In this document: positions 49,974 through 62,488 of the stretch, piece after piece
Layout of the letters: each line of letters begins with the position of its first letter
Position numbering within the stretch: the stretch's first letter is position 1
DNA from: Malacoraja senta
Lineage: Eukaryota
Length of the DNA stretch: 64,000 nucleotides
Direction: 5' to 3'
NCBI GenBank assembly: GCA_038087875.1
Contig: CM075983.1
Coordinates: 22,444,001 to 22,508,000 of the forward strand
Notes under the pieces: generated by a model
What the model was told of the DNA's origin: nothing
Seen by the model: the letters and a program-made list of their open reading frames with translations, nothing else
Databases searched by the model: none
Program-made: the position numbers and the translations under genes

Positions 49974-50057
49974 GCAGCATTCTAACAGTGCAGCATTCTA
50001 ACAGTGCAGCATTCTAACAGTGCAGCATTCTAACAGTGCAGCATTCTAACAGTGCAG
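49974..50057 (+). repeat. Perfect 16-bp minisatellite (GCAGCATTCTAACAGT) x5.25
   Basis: Read directly from the sequence. Confidence 0.95.
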
Positions 50058-50086
50058 TGGATACCATACCACTGATACATTACAAA

Positions 50087-50392
50087 ACTTTAGGACTTTA
50101 GCGATACAGTGCAGACACAGACCCTTTGGCCCATGAGTCTGCGCTGACCAGCGATCCCTGCACACTAACACTATCCTACAAACTAGGGACAATTTACAAT
50201 TTTGCCAAAGCCAATTAACCTACAAACCTGTACATATTTGGAGTGTGAGAGGAAACCAGAACACATGGGGAAAATCCATATGGTCATAGGGAGAATGTAC
50301 AAACTCCGTACAGACAATGCCCATAGTCAGGATCGAACCTGGATTTCTGGCGCTGTAAGGCAACAACTCTACCGCTGCACCACTGTGCCGCC
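50087..50392 (-). mobile_element. HE1-type SINE
   Basis: Family match. Confidence 0.87.
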
Positions 50393-51859
50393 CATCATGT
50401 GCAGCCCAACTTTATCACGACACATTGACACCTTTTTGTCATAGTGACTGCAAGTGATTTGAGGCTGTTCTTATACAAACATATATTTTGCCTGAAGGAT
50501 AATGTTTTCTTAAAACCGTTGGTTGCAAACACAGACAAATTGCTTAGGTCTAAACTTACAGATTTGCAGATATCTGTGGCATGGTGGTTTGATTTGCTCT
50601 TAATAATTATTTTATCTGTTTAAAGTTCCTATTACGTGTACGTACTCAGCTGGCAGTCTTATTTCATCCGGTGCTAAGTTGAACAAGTTGTTTGGAGATT
50701 TCCCTTCTCAGCTCCTCTCTTTTTTGTACAGGGGTTTGTGCATTGCCCACTCTCTCTCCCCTCTCGAATGATGAGGCTGTGGTTAGGATTTCTCTCCTTT
50801 GAGAATTGCAAAGGGTGTTCCAATATCCTTTTTTGGCACCGCAGCCTAGAATTCCTCAGTGCAATGCTATAGCTCGGTGTTCCTTATGTAGCAGCCTTTT
50901 GTTTTTCACATGTGTTGTGTCTTTTGTGGACAGATTGAAAACTGTTCTGCTGGAAAGAGGGTTTCAGACTAATCCTAAACTAAATGCCCACAAAGTCTGT
51001 AGAAAGAATTAACAAGCATTTAATTTGGAGGAAAAGTCAGTTGTGAGATATTTGAGAGCATCTTACACTCCTTATGCTGCCTTCTCCATTTGGCGAACAT
51101 TATTCTATTAGCTTGACGTTTGTGTCTCCCATTACAAATCCTCTTACTCAATGATAAAATGAAAATAATTGGAATGAGTTTCTGTACAAATATTTTTTGA
51201 AGGAGACAACGTGACGCTAACTAGAATCTGAAAATTCCTCAATTCAGTGATTATAATTGGTTTTGCATAACTGGTAAATGTATAAGCCTGTGAGTTCCAG
51301 CCTTAGGATAGAAGTTCGAAGTGATACTGAATCATAGCCAATCCTTAAACCACTACATAATGGGTGCATGTTGCACAGGTATAGATGTGGTGTGTCATGG
51401 AAAGTGATGCCAGATGGAGTGGGGGAGACAGGTACAATTATATCATTTGAAACACACTTGGTTCATGATTAGGAAAGGTTTGGTGGAATATGGGCCAACG
51501 CAGGCAAATGGGACTAGCTCAGTTGGGCACCTTGGTCGGCAAGAACAAGTTGGGCCGAAGGACCTGTTTCCATGCTCTATGACACTATGTCACCAAATCA
51601 GTTTTGGATAGGACAGTCTGATGCTTGAATAGAGAAGCCAAAAAGATCTCAAATGTAAAATAAATTGGTTTACATAGAAAAGCACAGCATAGGAACAGGT
51701 CCTTCAGCCCACAATGTCTGCGCTGAGCATGATGCCAAGAAAATATATTAATTAATTTCTTATGGAAAAAGATAGTGATTTCACTAAAGTTTTTTACAAA
51801 GAAATAAAGTGCCATTCGTGACCTTTACAATGAAGTCAATGATTTTATTTTTGAACCCT

Positions 51860-52170
51860 GGTCACTTTAAAACAATAACTGAATGCCACATTGAGTTGAG
51901 TGAAGTCCCACAAGTATGATGATAATGATCAGATTATCTTGTGCCTTGTGTTTGTGGAATAAGTATTGGTCAGCATCCCAGGGGAATATCCATGTTCTTA
52001 CGAGCTTATACTGTAAATGAGAGACTGCATACGGCTTGTATCCTGATTCATCTTAAAGACAGCACTTGCTAAAGTGTTGCACCCTCAGTGTCATCCTTGG
52101 TTATCTGTTCAGGTTTCTGTCTGGGGGCTTGATCTCGAGCCAACCGCTTACAAATAAGAATACTACCATT
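51860..52170 (-). mobile_element. Deu-domain SINE, very old
   Basis: Same motifs as 41680-42070 (tcccacaa..gataatgatcagat..tattggtcag..catcttaaagacagcac..gcaccctcagt). Confidence 0.5.
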
Positions 52171-53057
52171 AAATAATAGCTGATACTATGGGTAATAAAA
52201 TCGACACTTGTTTTCACGAGGAAACTCGATGAAGGCCACAGTTCAGTCTAGAGAATCAGCAAGATTGAAAAGTGTGGAACATAGGTGTAAATCTGGAAAC
52301 AATGGTGAAGTGGAAATAAGTTTCAGTTTTAAACACTATAATGTTTGAACAAGAAATAAATTGTTTGTAATTTATAACATAGACTTAAGTCCGTTCAGCC
52401 CAGCAAGCCTGTATTGTTGTTTATCTAGCACATGAGCAACATTCTTAATCCCATGTGCCTATTTTGTTCCCATATAACTTTATTTTCTCTTCTTTCATCC
52501 ATCTATCTGTCCCTTAATCTTAATCTATCCTTAATATTTCATTATGTTTCAACCAGTATTCTGAGAAGTACATTTCACAGTCTCATCATCCTCTCTGTAA
52601 GATGTTCTCCCTGATTTCTATCCTATTTTCAGTATCACTTTCTACACTCTTTAGCCATGTGAAACAGTCTGGTCTTATTTGCTCTCTCCCATTTACTTCG
52701 AGTTGAAACTGTAACAGATAACTACCTTGATTTCTCTGGAAAAGGTACCCAATGATTTTCAAACCAAAGGTTGTCGAGGGGTTCCAGAAGTATTAATGTT
52801 GACAAGGAGATTCTTGGACTTTTAGACAGCCGTGATCATGCTGTTCATTTTCCCTTTACGGGCTTCCATGTGCTGGATGGGCCATCGGTCGCTGTTGCCT
52901 TCCACAAATGTTTGATCAAAAGTGGCTTCTGAATCTATATTTAAATGGGTCAGAGAAGAGCCATCTTCGTTAAATGTGATGTGAAGCATTGCTTATTGCT
53001 CTGCTGAAACCAGAAAAGTTAGCAAGCCATCCCAGAAACTACTGGCAAATTTATTTT

Positions 53058-53290
53058 AGGTAGACAAAAATGCTGGAGAAACTCAGTGGGTGAGGCAGCA
53101 TCTATGGAGCGAAGGAAATAGGCAACGTTTCAGGTCGAGACCCTTCTTCAGACTCTTTTTCAGACCCTTCTCAACCCGAAACATTGCCTATTTCCTTCGC
53201 TCCATAGATGCTGCCTCACCCGCTGAGTTTCTCCAGCATTTTTGTCTACCTTCGATTTTCCAGCATCTGCAGTTCCTTCTTAAACTCTTA
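53058..53290 (+). mobile_element. Young Penelope hairpin element (inverted pLTR tails only)
   Basis: About 75-bp near-perfect inverted arms plus a ~33-nt single-sided tail; TSD ggcaaatttatttt at 53044-53057 and 53291-53304; near-identical to the ends of 33827-34805. Confidence 0.88.
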
Positions 53291-53599
53291 GGCAAATTTA
53301 TTTTGGTGTGTTCAACCAAAGAAGTGACTTAACCTTCAGGATTAGTCCAATCACTAGGCATGTTATCACCAGAACAAGCCTGCCCTAATTTGCAGTGTCC
53401 AAATGTTTGTCTTCATCTTGAATGTAAAAAGCCCATTTCCAGTCCAGTCTGTGGACTGGGGCTGCATTGCTTGTTATTTTATCACCACACTTCATTGTTT
53501 GGAATCGTGTTTGGATGCTAAAGCAGTCCTGCATTACCAAGTGCCAAGGAAAGTGTTAGTTCCCTCACCCCCTCTACATTTATATAATATTTATTATAA

Positions 53600-54080
53600 G
53601 CAAGCTGGAAAGGGTGCAGAGAAGATTCACGAGGATGTTGCTAAGACTCCAGGGCCTGAGCTACAGGGAGAGGGTTGAGCAGGCTAGGACTATTCCTTGG
53701 AGCGCAGGAGGGTGAGGGATGAGGGTGTACAGGTGTGCATTCAGTGTACAGACGCACAGGGTCTCTTGCTCAGAGTAGGGGAATCGAGAACCAGAGGTCA
53801 TAGATTTAAGGTAAAGGGGGAAATATTTAATAGGAACCTGAGGGGTAACTTTTTCACACAAATGGTGATGGGTGTAGGGAAAGCGCTGCTCGAAGAGGTA
53901 GTTGAGGCCTGTACTATCACAACGTTTAAGAAACATTTGGACAGGTACATGGATAGGACAGATTTAGAGGGATATGGGCCAAACACAGGCAGGTGGAACT
54001 AGTGCAGATGGGACATGTTGGTTGGTGTGAGCAAGTTGGGCAAAAGGGTCTGTTTCCACACTGTAAGACTTTATGACTCT
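53600..54080 (+). mobile_element. CR1 3' end
   Basis: KLERVQRRFTRML..RTRGHRFKVKGEIFNRNLRGNFFTQ. Confidence 0.88.
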
Positions 54081-56286
54081 AAGCAGTACATCTGCTCCCT
54101 CTTTAAGGAAATTTGCATATGCCAATGACATGCTAATAACCACATCAGCAAAGACTTGCAGGCATGCTGACATTGGACCAATCAATACCTGCAGAGCAGT
54201 TCTACAAGTGGAAGCTGTGACCAATCCATTATCTTAGCATTTCGCCCGCAGCCACAGAGCACATACTCATCTCGTTGTCACCTCTCATTGACAACAATAA
54301 TGCAACATGATCCACCTCTTGCCTCCTGAATTGAGACATTTGACTTTCAGATTCATCTGCAAGAAATAGCTGCGAAGATCATGAGCCTGAGGAACATCAT
54401 GTGAAAACTCACCAAAACTCGGTCAGTATGCAAGTACTCCATCCCTTGGCTTTAGCTTCTTCAAAGACCACCCTCTGAACTGATAGTTCTCATTTCATTT
54501 ATGTGGATGTTTAGGTAAATTTCTATATGCTTTGTGACACCTAAATTCTGAAGTCTATACCTGATCAAAGGTTATAGGTGCTGGCTAATATAACTTCCCC
54601 AGATTGTTACTTAAACAAAGCTACTCACACAGAGATTGTACAGATAAACACCTGGGCCGGGCGTTCATGTAAGATTTTAAAAATATTGTTTTTTCCTCCT
54701 GGAAATCTTTGGGGTTGCATGTTCTTATAATGCTTGACGGTGCAGAAGTTTGGAGAAAAACATGAACTAAATTGATCATCCAGTTTAAACATATAATCTT
54801 CAATCCTCTGGGAAAGTCCATTGGTTTTGATTCATCAAGTCAAAGATGGAGAGCCCTGAATCGGCTCCAAACTGGATAGTTCATTGAAGCACAAATGGCC
54901 CATTAGGTTCTGCTGAATGCGACTGGAGCAACTCTAATCAAACTTTGGACCATATAACAAAAGTCTGCCCTCTAACAAAGTTAAACAGTGATATTACAAA
55001 AATACACTCGCACCCCTCTAAAGCTTCAGACTGGATTTCTAATTGTTGCATGAAGTCAGCCAGAACATCTTGGGGGAAACAATTTTGATAGAACCTCACA
55101 AAGTTGATAATTCCTTGCTGCTCTATGATTCCTTTGTTGGCAATTGCTTGGTCATGTATTATCCTTGGCTTTGAATATTTCCATAGTTTTCTACTGGAGT
55201 ACATAACGTGAAGACCATACTGCAAACATACTATTCTGATTATGTATTTGCGGACCTTGAGCGAGGATGCTGAAAAGAAACTTGAATAACTACATATGGT
55301 TGTTTTTTTCATGCATAACCGGGTGCGGGGAAAGATTAGGCTGGAGAAATAAATCAGCTGCCCTTGCTAAAATCAGGCAAAACAAAGGCAAGTAAGATCC
55401 AAGGTGTATTTTCCATGCAGTGGACTTTTACCACTAGAAACCCTATTTTCAATGAGATGAGTAAGGAGGACAATCAAAATGACATTGCTGGGCATGGTAG
55501 TGAATAGGTTGCAGGAAAATAAGTAGGGCAGTAGGTCCACAGTAGATTCCATTTCTGCCGACCTGTACCTGCACTTCAGCCCCCTGCGGAACTCCACCAG
55601 CTGGAACCCATTCATTTTCTCCAGAGCTCGACCCAAAACATCACCAATTCCATTTCTCCAGATGCTGCCTGAGCTGCTGAAGTTACTCCAGCATTTTGTG
55701 TCTATCCCAATAAAATATATTGTCTTCCGTGCACAGTGTGCAAATCCCCATTCCTTGTTATCAGCTGTCCGATTGGCATGCGTAAGGTTGAAGTGTTGAG
55801 GAGTTTGATCCGGAAACAGGTCATGGTTTGATCAGAATTGTCAAAAAATATAAAAATATCTTCAAAGCAAATTGCAAGTGAAAAATTAAAAGAAACATAA
55901 TTTCTGGAGGGGGTACCTATATAAAAAATAAAAATAAAATAAATTGTCAACTAAATAAAATCCTGCCCACTGAATCTTTGGAAAGCCTGATGCCATTTTA
56001 CACATGGATTTCAAGTTATGGTAGGAAATAGTTCAATTACATCCAGCTTCTGTGCAACTGTTGTTTATTCCACTATTTCACCACAATAAGAAATATTTGA
56101 ATTGCATCTGCTGCACAAAACCACATGTGCTAGAAGAATGTCATCCATTAAATTTAAATTCGACCAAATGTGCATTCAATTATACATTGGCAAATCTTAA
56201 CAATGTCACACTCCAGATAAGTGAGTCAAAATTTACATCACATTTGTTGATTATTAAATAACAGGATTGGACTGTCCCTCGTTATT

Positions 56287-56720
56287 AGGGTGGCACTGTG
56301 TCGCAGTAATTAGTGTTGCTGCTACACAACGCTGGGGTTCCTGGTTTGATCAACACCCTGGATGCTGATGGTGTAGAGTTTGTACGTCTCTTTGTGACCA
56401 TGGAGAAACTCAGCGGGACAGGCAGCATCTCTGGAGAGAAGGAATGGATGACATTTCGGGTCGACACCCTTCCTCAGACTATCTGTGACCATGTTGGTTT
56501 GCTCAGATGTCCTTCTGCATCCCAAAGACATGCTTGAAGGTTTATTGTCACTTGTCAATTATCCTTTGGTGTCGATTAATTGCAAAATACATTCAAAATA
56601 TAGATGTATGTTTGTGAGTGAGAATAAGATACAGGGGTACAATGGGCAAATGGGGCAAATGGAATTTCTTCCCTGCTAGCTCGGGTGGATCTGATGGGCG
56701 AAATGGCCTCCTGCTGTAGG
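56287..56720 (+). mobile_element. Old HE1-like SINE with nested Penelope-tail insertion (56403-56483)
   Basis: The insert is flanked by TSD tgtgaccatg (56393-56402 and 56484-56493). Confidence 0.7.
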
Positions 56721-59700
56721 AGAAGTATAAGGTAAAGTGCCGCCGAACCATTGTATTGTTGGTGACCATTCGCCCTCTCAATCAGTTGTATCTTCAGTAT
56801 CTCTCTTCATGAGACTAAATTTACCACTCTATATACTGTACAGTACTTTGAATATTATTTGAAAATGTTAAATGACAATTTTTTCATGATTCTTGAAATG
56901 AAAGATGAATCCTGCTGGGGTACCACTTCGTAGGTGCTGGCAAACCTCTATTACCTTGGCATAGTGACTATCATTAACACCTGAGTCTACAGAATGATTG
57001 TTGGCAGACTATTTAACTGGAAGGAGCAACCGCACAGAATCTGTTCCTGTCTTCACTCTTCAATATGAACTCTCACTCATTTTCTCCCCTTGGAAATTAT
57101 AGTATCAGCTTTGCTCAGTGTTCAACATGAAGCCAACTAACAATGGAGTAACGGTTAGTCTAGGGCTTTGTAAAATATTTTAATGATTTGCAATTGTGTA
57201 ATTTATTGCATGTTTTTCTTTTTATTAATGGATTACGTTATCGCCCCGGTAGATATGATAAAGCACATCATGATTCCAAAGGTATAAAGAATTTGGGATG
57301 TTATGTTTTGCATGAATGTTAGTCAAAGTATGCTGCTCATGGCTTTAAAATGCCTTTGTGATCCCAACCAGACAGAATTTATAGTATAACTGATGATGAA
57401 AACATTGCCATCCTACATCTGATATTGTATCACATAAAGATCATTAGAGCTTCATTCAAGCTGCAGTTAAACTGGCAAGAGTCATTTGTAACTTTTGAAT
57501 GTAAGATACAAAATACAGAACCTGGTGATAAGACTTCTATACTTGTATTTATTATGTACTTTCATCTATTGGATCCCCACTGAATATTACTAATAATCGG
57601 CTCAAACACCTGTCTCAATATTACTCACTATCCACCCCAGAAAAAGCATCATCATGCATCAGTGCCAGGCTCTGAAACCCCACCTCCCCAGGCCACTGTA
57701 ACACTGATGGGACCTGTGACTCGCATGCCGTCCTGACCACTTCTCCCATCCCCATCACCAATCCCATCCACCCCACTTAGCCTCTGAGCATAGAACCGGG
57801 CAGCTCATTTTTGACTGGACAATTTGCAACACTTGGTCATCAGTATTATAGCCTTGAGCAGTGGGTGCAACTGAAATTTGCAGTGGGCAACCAACGACTG
57901 GAACTTTTGGGCACCATCTGCTACATCCATTTAGCACGTGTTTTCTGTTCATAGATGATCAGAAAATCAAAGTACAAAAGGTGAGCAGGTAAAGATGTGG
58001 GATTATTTGTGGAATGTTGCACCACACCAAGTTGTGTGTTGTGGAACTTAAGAAGTGACCATGCAGAGAAGAGTTAACATGTTGCAAAGTATGGTTTCCA
58101 TCTGAAAGAGTCCATTTTAATTTATGGGATCATAGCTTGTAATTATTTAAATACAGTACCTGATTCACATTTTATTTGAGTACATCTGTAGAGTTTAAAC
58201 ATTAATAGCATTTTCAAATTGATTTATTTTTAATTTGGAGAGATAACCAGAAAAAATGTACGTAATATAAACCTGCTGTTCTGGTTACTATCTTCTCACC
58301 CAGATGACAATGTGACTTTAAATATTAAATCGTCTATTGCTCTGTCATCAATTCATCTTTGTTCATCATGCTCTCTTATGGTGCTTGAGGAAAGATCACC
58401 CTCTTGTTACACCATCCATCCATATCTATCCTCTCTCTCCAAGCTACTTTTTTCCCTGTAAGTAACCGACAGTTAACGGACTATTATACTCAAACTTTCC
58501 TCTGTTGACTTTTATCTGTCCATTCACTGAACATCACTGATTTGTTTATAACTGTACAACCACTCACCAACATTGAAGCCCTTGATCCCAATAAAATGAT
58601 TACTCTCTCTCTCATCTGGCTATTATCCCCACACATCTTGCTTCTCTGCTTCCTTAAATTGATGAGATTCATATTTAACAAATTATTCATTGTAAAAGTG
58701 GGAAGATTTAAAAGAGCACCGATTCATTGGCTCATTGAGAGGCACCACATCCAATAAGAGGCTGCGTGCTGAGGTGGAGTGCTGTGTTTGATGGTAAGCG
58801 TGGAGGCTGACCAGAGTGTGACGACAAGATAAGGTAATACCCATTGTTTGTTACCACCTTCTTTTGTCTAAGTGCACTTGGGATAGCAGTTAAGGCAGCA
58901 GTATGCTCCTGTTGCCGGATGTGGAAAGTCTGAGAAACTTTCAGAGGTCCTGAGGACCTGTGGAAGGTGCGTCCAGCTGCATCTCCTTACTGACCCTGTG
59001 AAGGAAATGAAACTGTAACTGGTCGACCTCAGGATTGTCCTCGAGACTGAGAGCATCACAGACAGGAATTACAGTGAGTTGGTCACACTGGAGCTGCAGA
59101 CAGAAACTAGACAGGTAACCACCAGGAAAGGTGAAAGGAATAGGCAAAGAGTTTAGGAATCTCCTGTGGCAATTCCTCTTGAATGGCTGCAAAACAGTCA
59201 CAAGTGGGAGGGTAAGTTGTTGGGCATATTGGTTCTAAAAATGTAACTACTATTACTAAGTACTACGTAGGAAGAGGGATGGGGTCTTGTGGAGTGAATA
59301 TAGGAAGCTAGGGAATAAGTTAAAAAAACAGGACCTCATTGGTGGTGAAGTCTAGATTACTCCCAGTGGCACATGCTAGTGAGGGCAGGAAGAATAGGAT
59401 AGGTCAGATGAATAAGTGACTACAAGGTGGGCAGGAATTCAGGTTTTTGGATCACTGGGATCTCTTCTGGTAACCTGTACAGGATACATGTGAACTAGGG
59501 GACCAATATCCTGGGAGGGAGATACACTTGTGTTACTCAGGAGGGTTTAAACTAGATTGGCATAGGGGAGGCTCAGAGCAGAAATAAGATGGCAGGGGCA
59601 AATACTGTGATCAAAGAGAGCAAGATTAGCAGATAGAACAGGCAAGTACATGACAAGGAGGAAAGGGTGGTGGTTAAACTATATTTATTTCAATGGTAGA

Positions 59701-60062
59701 GGGTTGTGGGGAGGGGGCTGGTGTGTGGGAAGGGGGTGTGGGGGAGGGGGATGGGGTGGGGGAGGGGTGGTGAGGGGGAGGGGGGGTGTGGGGAGGGAGG
59801 TGTGGTGGTGTGGGGACGGGGGTGTGGGGGAGGGGGGTGTGGGGGAGGAGTTGTGGGTGAGGGGGTGTGGGGGAGGCGGCAGCTGTGGGGGAGGGGGAAC
59901 CTTCAAAACCTTCATAACTTTTGTACTATTTCACCGATTGGAACAAAACCTATTTGATTTGGTGAGTAAGGGGGCAAAAAATCGTAGCGCTATGGGGGAT
60001 CATTTTTGCGCAAATTTACAACGCAGACAGGAAGTGGTCAAGTTGAGAGTTTTAGTAATATA
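59701..60062 (-). mobile_element. Non-autonomous Helitron 5' part ending in a G-rich low-complexity tract
   Basis: Minus strand begins TATATTACTAAAACTCTC, similar to the adjacent Helitron's 5' end; no 3' CTAG is visible. Confidence 0.55.
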
Positions 60063-60391
60063 CTAGACCAAGTGCAGACCCGTTGGGTCTGGTCCCCGAA
60101 ATGTGCTTTACACCCCGGGGTCTGGTTCCCGAACGTGCTTCAGCGTCTTGACGGCGTAGGCAGCGTCTGGGCGGACGTAGATCTTAAAGATCCTTTATGT
60201 ACAAAAATATGTACATAAAAATGTCTAAATCTAATAAGGAGTGTGTTAGGGTATGTAAAAGTGTAATGTCTAGCGAAATGGAAAAAATGTTGGCGTTTTC
60301 GCGTGTGGTTTTGGCTGACCAAGGAATCAAAGGCCAAATCTGACACCCACAAACACACACAAACACACACAGAGTTTTAATAGTATATAGA
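60063..60391 (-). mobile_element. Complete non-autonomous Helitron (329 bp)
   Basis: A|TC 5' end, CTAG|T 3' end, 7-bp subterminal hairpin CAGACCC-aac-GGGTCTG (60075-60091), no TSD. Confidence 0.8.
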
Positions 60392-61934
60392 TATGGATAG
60401 ATATAGATGGATTGATAGATATAGATAGATAGATATTCATGGGGGATCATCCAGTGAAGTTTCACAACTAGAATTTTGAAACAAAAAGGGAATGATCACT
60501 TAGATGGAATTGTTTTATAGGCCTCCAAATATTCTGCATGAACTAGTGGAGCAAATATGTAAGGAGACTGCAGATTTTAAAAAATGAATAGAGCAGTGTT
60601 AGGAGGAGATTTCAACTTCCCTAGTATTGACTGGGTCACTAATTGTGTAAGGGGCTTGAATAGGGTGTAATTTGTCCATGAAAGCTTCTTTAATATATAG
60701 AGGACCGTACTAGTGTGAGTGCAACACTGGATCGCCTCTGAGGGAACGAGATAGGGCAAGTGACTGTAGTATCATTGGGGGGACACTTTGCGACCAGTGA
60801 CCATAATTCTATTAGTTTTAAAGCAGTTATGGAGAGGGTAGCACTGGCCCACAAGTTAAGATCCTAAATTGGAGCAAGGACAATTTTGGTGGCATTAGGC
60901 GGGAACTTGCAGAGATCTATTGGGAAAGTATTTTTGCAGTTAAGGAGACGGCTGGCAAATGGGAGGCTTGGCAGTGAGATAGAAAGAATATTGGAACGGT
61001 ATGTTCCTGTTCCTGGTGATGGTCAAGATTGGCAGGTTAGGGCACCTTAATTGACAAGAGATGAAGTTGAACTTGTACAACTACATCAATCATGATATAG
61101 TTGTACAAGTTGTTGGTGATACTTGGAGTATTATGTGTTGTTCATGACACCCAGCTATAGGAAGGATGTCATTAAGTTGGAAAAAGAGTGCAAAAAAGGA
61201 TAGGCTGGGATATTGTTTTCTTTGGCGTATAGGAGGCTGAGGGGTGAGGTTGTTGAGCTGTACAAGATCAGGAACGGCATGGATAAAGAGAATGCTCACA
61301 TTTGTCCCAGAATAGAGGATTCTAAAACTAGAGGGCATGGGCTTAAAGTATGAGGGGAGAGATTTAAGAGGATCTTGGGGACATCTTTTTAACTCGGAGT
61401 TTAGTTTATTACTGTCACGTGTGCAGTGATAAACATTTTGTTGATTGCTATCCAGTCAAAGACTGGATAGCATAATGACAATCAAGACAATGTACAGATA
61501 CAAGATAAAGGGTCTAACATTTAGTGCAAGATAAACTCCAATTAATGATAGTTTGAAGGTCTCCAATGAGGTAAATGGGAGATCAGGACCACATTCTAAC
61601 ATGTGGTTCAGTTGCCTGATAACGGTTGGAAGCCCCCCCATATCTGGAATGAGCTACCAGATGAAGCTATAGAAGCAGATACAATTATGACATTTAAAAG
61701 ACATTTGGATATATGGGTAGGAAGGGTTTAGAGCGCGATGGGCTAAATACAGACAAATGAGACTAGCCCAGTATGCCAACTTTGTTGGCATGGACAAGGT
61801 GGGTTGAAGGGTCAGATTCCGTGTTGTATATCTCTATTAGTCTATGAGTCTAAATTAAAGACACTCACTACCAGATCTGGCTGGAACATCTAAGGCACAA
61901 TTGGGTCTGATTTTATATGCCCAAAATTGTTGCT

Positions 61935-62160
61935 ATTATCTACCTGATTGGAGACCATCGGACTATCTTTCATTGGACTTTACTGAACTTTATCTTGCAC
62001 TAAACATTATTCTCATTACTTCCTTTATCATGTATCTGTATGCTGTGGATGGCTCGATTGTAATCATGTATAGTATTTCCGCTCTCTGGTTAGCACGCAA
62101 CAAAAGCTTTTCACTGTACCTCAGTACATGCAGAAATAAACTAATCTAAACTAAACTAAA
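61935..62160 (+). mobile_element. Rex1/Babar-type 3' UTR fragment (an inverted relative lies at about 61400-61630)
   Basis: gcaacaaaagcttttcactgtacctcagtacatg..aataaactaa tail, as at 11580-11928. Confidence 0.65.
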
Positions 62161-62390
62161 TGCAACACAATGTTAGCCACCAGGTTATTTTCTCCATTGC
62201 AAAACTTTACAAACTTTCTCGACTGTTTTCTTTGCTTCACCTCTAGGAACTAAGATGAGAATTCCATGGATCATTTTGTCACAAAAAACAACTAATTGTA
62301 GTTTCTGTTGTTTCTGTCCCATCCCCCTGCCTACCCAGTAAAATTTGCTTTCTGGCTTTCTTCATCCCAAACTATGAACTGAGATCTTTC

Positions 62391-62488
62391 CCCTGGTTCT
62401 CTCCCATCCCTGCCCATGTAATCTCTGAGCCTATCTTATCCCTGGTTCTCTCCCATCCCTGCCCATGTAATCTCTGAGCCTATCTTAT
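62391..62488 (+). repeat. Perfect 49-bp tandem duplication
   Basis: ccctggttctctcccatccctgcccatgtaatctctgagcctatcttat x2. Confidence 0.95.

Larger units (their letters stand above)
58740..61850 (+). mobile_element. Long, internally deleted CR1 LINE (ORF1 zinc finger, esterase region, EN domain, 3' end)
   Basis: ORF1 VCSCCRMW..TCGRCVQLHLL; ORF2 start YFNGRGL; EN motifs FYRPPN, VLGGDFNFPSIDW, TSDHNSISF; CR1 3' tail. Confidence 0.8.

Noticed and set aside
49974-50057. Repeat array superficially like CRISPR
   Set aside because: No spacers and a eukaryotic context; it is a simple minisatellite.
57390-57425. C-box (ATGATGA) and D-box (CTGA) pair
   Set aside because: Spacing is far too short for a C/D snoRNA and there is no terminal stem.
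59650-60066. Gly-rich and Pro-rich ORFs
   Set aside because: Translations of a G-rich low-complexity tract.
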